Shown: piece by piece, positions 37,701 to 39,211 of the stretch
Numbering within the stretch: position 1 is the stretch's first letter
Layout of the letters: every line of letters begins with the position of its first letter
Assembly (NCBI GenBank): GCA_039809385.1
Contig: JBDHUY010000015.1
Coordinates: 1-39,211 of the forward strand
DNA: 39,211 bases
DNA from: Candidatus Altimarinota bacterium
GTDB lineage: Bacteria; Patescibacteriota; Gracilibacteria; JBDHUY01
Direction: 5' to 3'
Notes under the pieces: model-generated
What the model saw: the letters and a program-made list of their open reading frames with translations, nothing else
Told to the model about the DNA's origin: nothing
The model's database searches: none
Made by a program: the position numbers and the translations under genes

Positions 37701-38974
37701 AAAGTAGAATCCGTTACAGTCAAAATTTCACTACCGCCATCCAGAAGTACGATCCGGGTACGATAACTAGAGGCGCTGTTATTGATGCCGTCGTCAAACT
37801 GCCAACGGATCGAGACTTGATTGCCGTTATTATACGATTCCCCGCCATTGGGTGTTTCTACCAGAAGATAGGTATCTCCACCACTGCTGCCGCCGGTAAC
37901 CCGGAACGATACCGAATTGCTGAACCCGTTACCGTTCTCCACCGCAACATTATAATCCCCGGGCAGAACGTCGTAAAACGTCTGGCCGTTACACGATGAG
38001 GAATTCGAACAACGAATACGGGAAGGGACGGTAAACGTTAAACTCGTACTGCTGCTGGAAAATACATCTTCGATAATGCCGTTTCCAAAACGAATGTCGT
38101 TATTGGAATTAAAACCGTTTCCATATAACGTCACTTGTCTCCCGGTAGGTCCCGAAGAAGGCGAGATACTGTCGATATAAACCTGCTGGTTGGTGCCGCC
38201 GGCAACGATCCGAAAATTACTGTCCGATTCATCTTGCACGTCGCCGCTAAAACCGCTTAAACGTACCTTGATCCGGTAACGGTCATCATTATCCAAGCTG
38301 GTCGGCACAAACCATTGAAAACTGTTGTCACCGACATAACTGGTCACGTCGCTGGTAATTTCGCGGACTTCGTCGCCCGAACGAAACAATTTGATCACCG
38401 TGCGATAACTGTCGAAACTGTTGGAAGCGTTGACGCGCCAGCGGATCGAATAGGAGCTGCCTTTGGAAACCACCTCTCCTCCGTCAGGCGAGAGTACTTC
38501 AACATTCGGAATTCCGCTCCCGCCTCCTCCGCCAGACGAATTGATCGAAAAATCGCGGCTCTCCGCTTCGGGATAATAACTCGTACCGAACTCGTTGGAA
38601 AAGGACTGATTGAGTTTGACGGCAAAACGGTAATTATTTCCCGAGAGATCCGAAGGAATGGTCCACGTATATTCGTTGGAACCGCTCCGGCTGCTCGCAT
38701 TGGTCGTAATCGAACGGATTTCGGTCGAAGAGCCGTTGCTGCTTCTCTGCCGTAAGGACAGAGTCGTAGGGACTGAGCCGAAACCGGTATAGTTCATCAA
38801 TGTCCAGCGGATCGTGTAACTTTGATTGTTACGCAGTGCTGTGCCGCTTACGTCCGGTGTCGTAACATCGAGACTGGGTCCGGAGAAGATGGCACCGGCA
38901 AAAGGAGGGTTGGTAGCTGGAAAAACGAACCCCGCCAGCAAGAGCAAAACCAGCAATCTGGAAATGGTTTTCAT
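34703..38974 (-). CDS. Large surface protein: 8 PxGG-type Ig-like repeats, IPT/TIG, PKD, cupredoxin, 3x SLH
   Basis: Signal peptide; repeated V..PNGG(E/Q)...I.W...Y.W...YRIRI...D.SD..F.I units; IDSISPSSG..G..VTLYG; WGD...HSY..SG; HTV...YHCSIHPSM; NRAE/KRAE/TRGE SLH motifs. Confidence 0.92.
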   Translation of the reverse strand: MKTISRLLVLLLLAGFVFPATNPPFAGAIFSGPSLDVTTPDVSGTALRNNQSYTIRWTLMNYTGFGSVPTTLSLRQRSSNGSSTEIRSITTNASSRSGSNEYTWTIPSDLSGNNYRFAVKLNQSFSNEFGTSYYPEAESRDFSINSSGGGGGSGIPNVEVLSPDGGEVVSKGSSYSIRWRVNASNSFDSYRTVIKLFRSGDEVREITSDVTSYVGDNSFQWFVPTSLDNDDRYRIKVRLSGFSGDVQDESDSNFRIVAGGTNQQVYIDSISPSSGPTGRQVTLYGNGFNSNNDIRFGNGIIEDVFSSSSTSLTFTVPSRIRCSNSSSCNGQTFYDVLPGDYNVAVENGNGFSNSVSFRVTGGSSGGDTYLLVETPNGGESYNNGNQVSIRWQFDDGINNSASSYRTRIVLLDGGSEILTVTDSTFSSDGTNSFSWNIPTYLAGTDYRIRISIDDNRIDFADDISNSSFEIRGNGNNNGSFIRVTRPNGGENLQPNQFYSIEWDYQDGRSSSLSYRTRITMLDANQEVLTVTDSATSHDGSNSYSWLVPNNFQGSNYKIRIQMNDSSVPFVQDQSDGTFSINGNGSSGVTVRVQQPNGGEFLSAGQSYQIRWFFDDGTSGNNSYRTRVMLMDGNSEVLTLTSNAFSSDGSDNSYTWSVPGNYSGNNFRIKVQTDDSRIATVSDQSDSTFRINQGGSSGAFVQVITPNGGQVWRQGDTQTIEWTFNDGLSSSNLGYRTRIKLLNGFSEVAEITSNTTSYDGTNRFTWLIPSSNTYQGNNFRIRVQSDDSRISTVSDESDNVFSINTTGGGSGNSFIRVQQPNGGESLSSGQNYDIRWSFDDGISGGNVGYRTRIILLDGNSEVLTIANNATSYDGSSNSYTWFVSNNYSGNNFRIKVQTDDNRISTVSDQSDSTFRINQGGSGNASLQVVTPNGGQFWRSGDTQTIEWTFNDGISGSNVGYRTRIKLLNGFSETAEITSNTTSFDGTNRFNWSIPTSSTYQGSNFRIRIETDDSRINTVSDQSDNTFMINASSGGGSGTPIIDGVSGPSYLNLNETGTFSVRARDPENGSLSYRVQWGDEGSIFNDSVLSSSFNQTATFTHSYNRSGVFLIKFSVTDSQGLTANASLTVNVGTTGNGNNNRQIEIRNFTFSPSTITVPLGTTVIWINRDSSQHTVVGDNLSFQSGILSTDQSYRYTFNQTGTFTYHCSIHPSMTGTIVVTNSNDGGGNIPLPPAGFEDEVLVNNNSFANPFRDTNLNTLEGMAAAELYRRAVVGGFPDGEFKPSRLVNRAEGSKFLLLTRYSSVSDVRNNGRFPDVLENQWYTKFVITAANLNIVNGYPDGTFRPQDGIKRAEFLKMMTLTFGLSENLSYNFNDVHPSDWFARYAGTVQRYNLIPDIGSSLFPERTMTRGEVAVAIYEYLLHRNQ

Positions 38975-39014
38975 AAGAGCAAACTATGAATTAAAGTAAA
39001 AATCGAAAGGTTTG

Positions 39015-39042
39015 ACATTAGCACAATAAACCAAAAACGCAA
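39015..39042 (-). promoter_or_regulatory. Promoter of the large SLH gene
   Basis: Minus strand TTGCGT-16 nt-TAATGT with a TGn extended -10. Confidence 0.55.
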
Positions 39043-39136
39043 GTTTTCAAGTTTTTAAACCTCTGCTCGCGCAGAATTTTTATTTCCTATATAACCTGAG
39101 TTACGAAATAGAGGAAATGAGGAAAGAGTGATAGAG

Positions 39137-39174
39137 TAGGGCAGAAAAGTATTACCACATAAATTTCTGCCCTA
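39137..39174. repeat. Perfect 11-bp inverted repeat
   Basis: TAGGGCAGAAA-16 nt-TTTCTGCCCTA; no U-tract. Confidence 0.6.
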
Positions 39175-39211
39175 TGGAGATTGTAGCACAATCGGATGAT
39201 CTGGTACGAAC

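Noticed and set aside
1-39211. CRISPR array, integrase or prophage at tRNA-Ser, transposase, reverse transcriptase
   Set aside because: No repeat-spacer periodicity, no tRNA 3' duplication noticed and no such ORFs in the window.

Overview
A 39.2 kb chromosomal window, most likely from a CPR/Patescibacteria (Peregrinibacteria-like) bacterium. This is inferred from the SLH-rich surface proteins, secG-SBP-rplI-ruvX order, a domain insertion in LeuRS and AT-rich start regions with few Shine-Dalgarno motifs. TGA is used as stop (code 11). Housekeeping genes: ruvC, tyrS, leuS, secG, rplI, ruvX/yqgF, tRNA-Ser(CGA), rlmI-like methyltransferase, murG, ftsW. Accessory content: a GAF-GGDEF protein; a ~14 kb minus-strand surface-glycan cluster (Wzx-like flippase, GtrB-like GT2, three GT-C-like membrane proteins, a GT4 fused to a CsaB-like pyruvyltransferase, a frameshifted FAD oxidoreductase-SLH gene); and three further secreted or SLH proteins. 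The least explained signals are non-coding: a self-contained ~80 nt sRNA with a CU-rich loop (4018-4097), two convergent structured RNA candidates upstream of ftsW (33916-34481), a structured leuS leader, 7-nt periodic arrays at gene ends, and a recurring 16-bp promoter spacer. All RNA folds and domain calls were made by eye and need computational confirmation.
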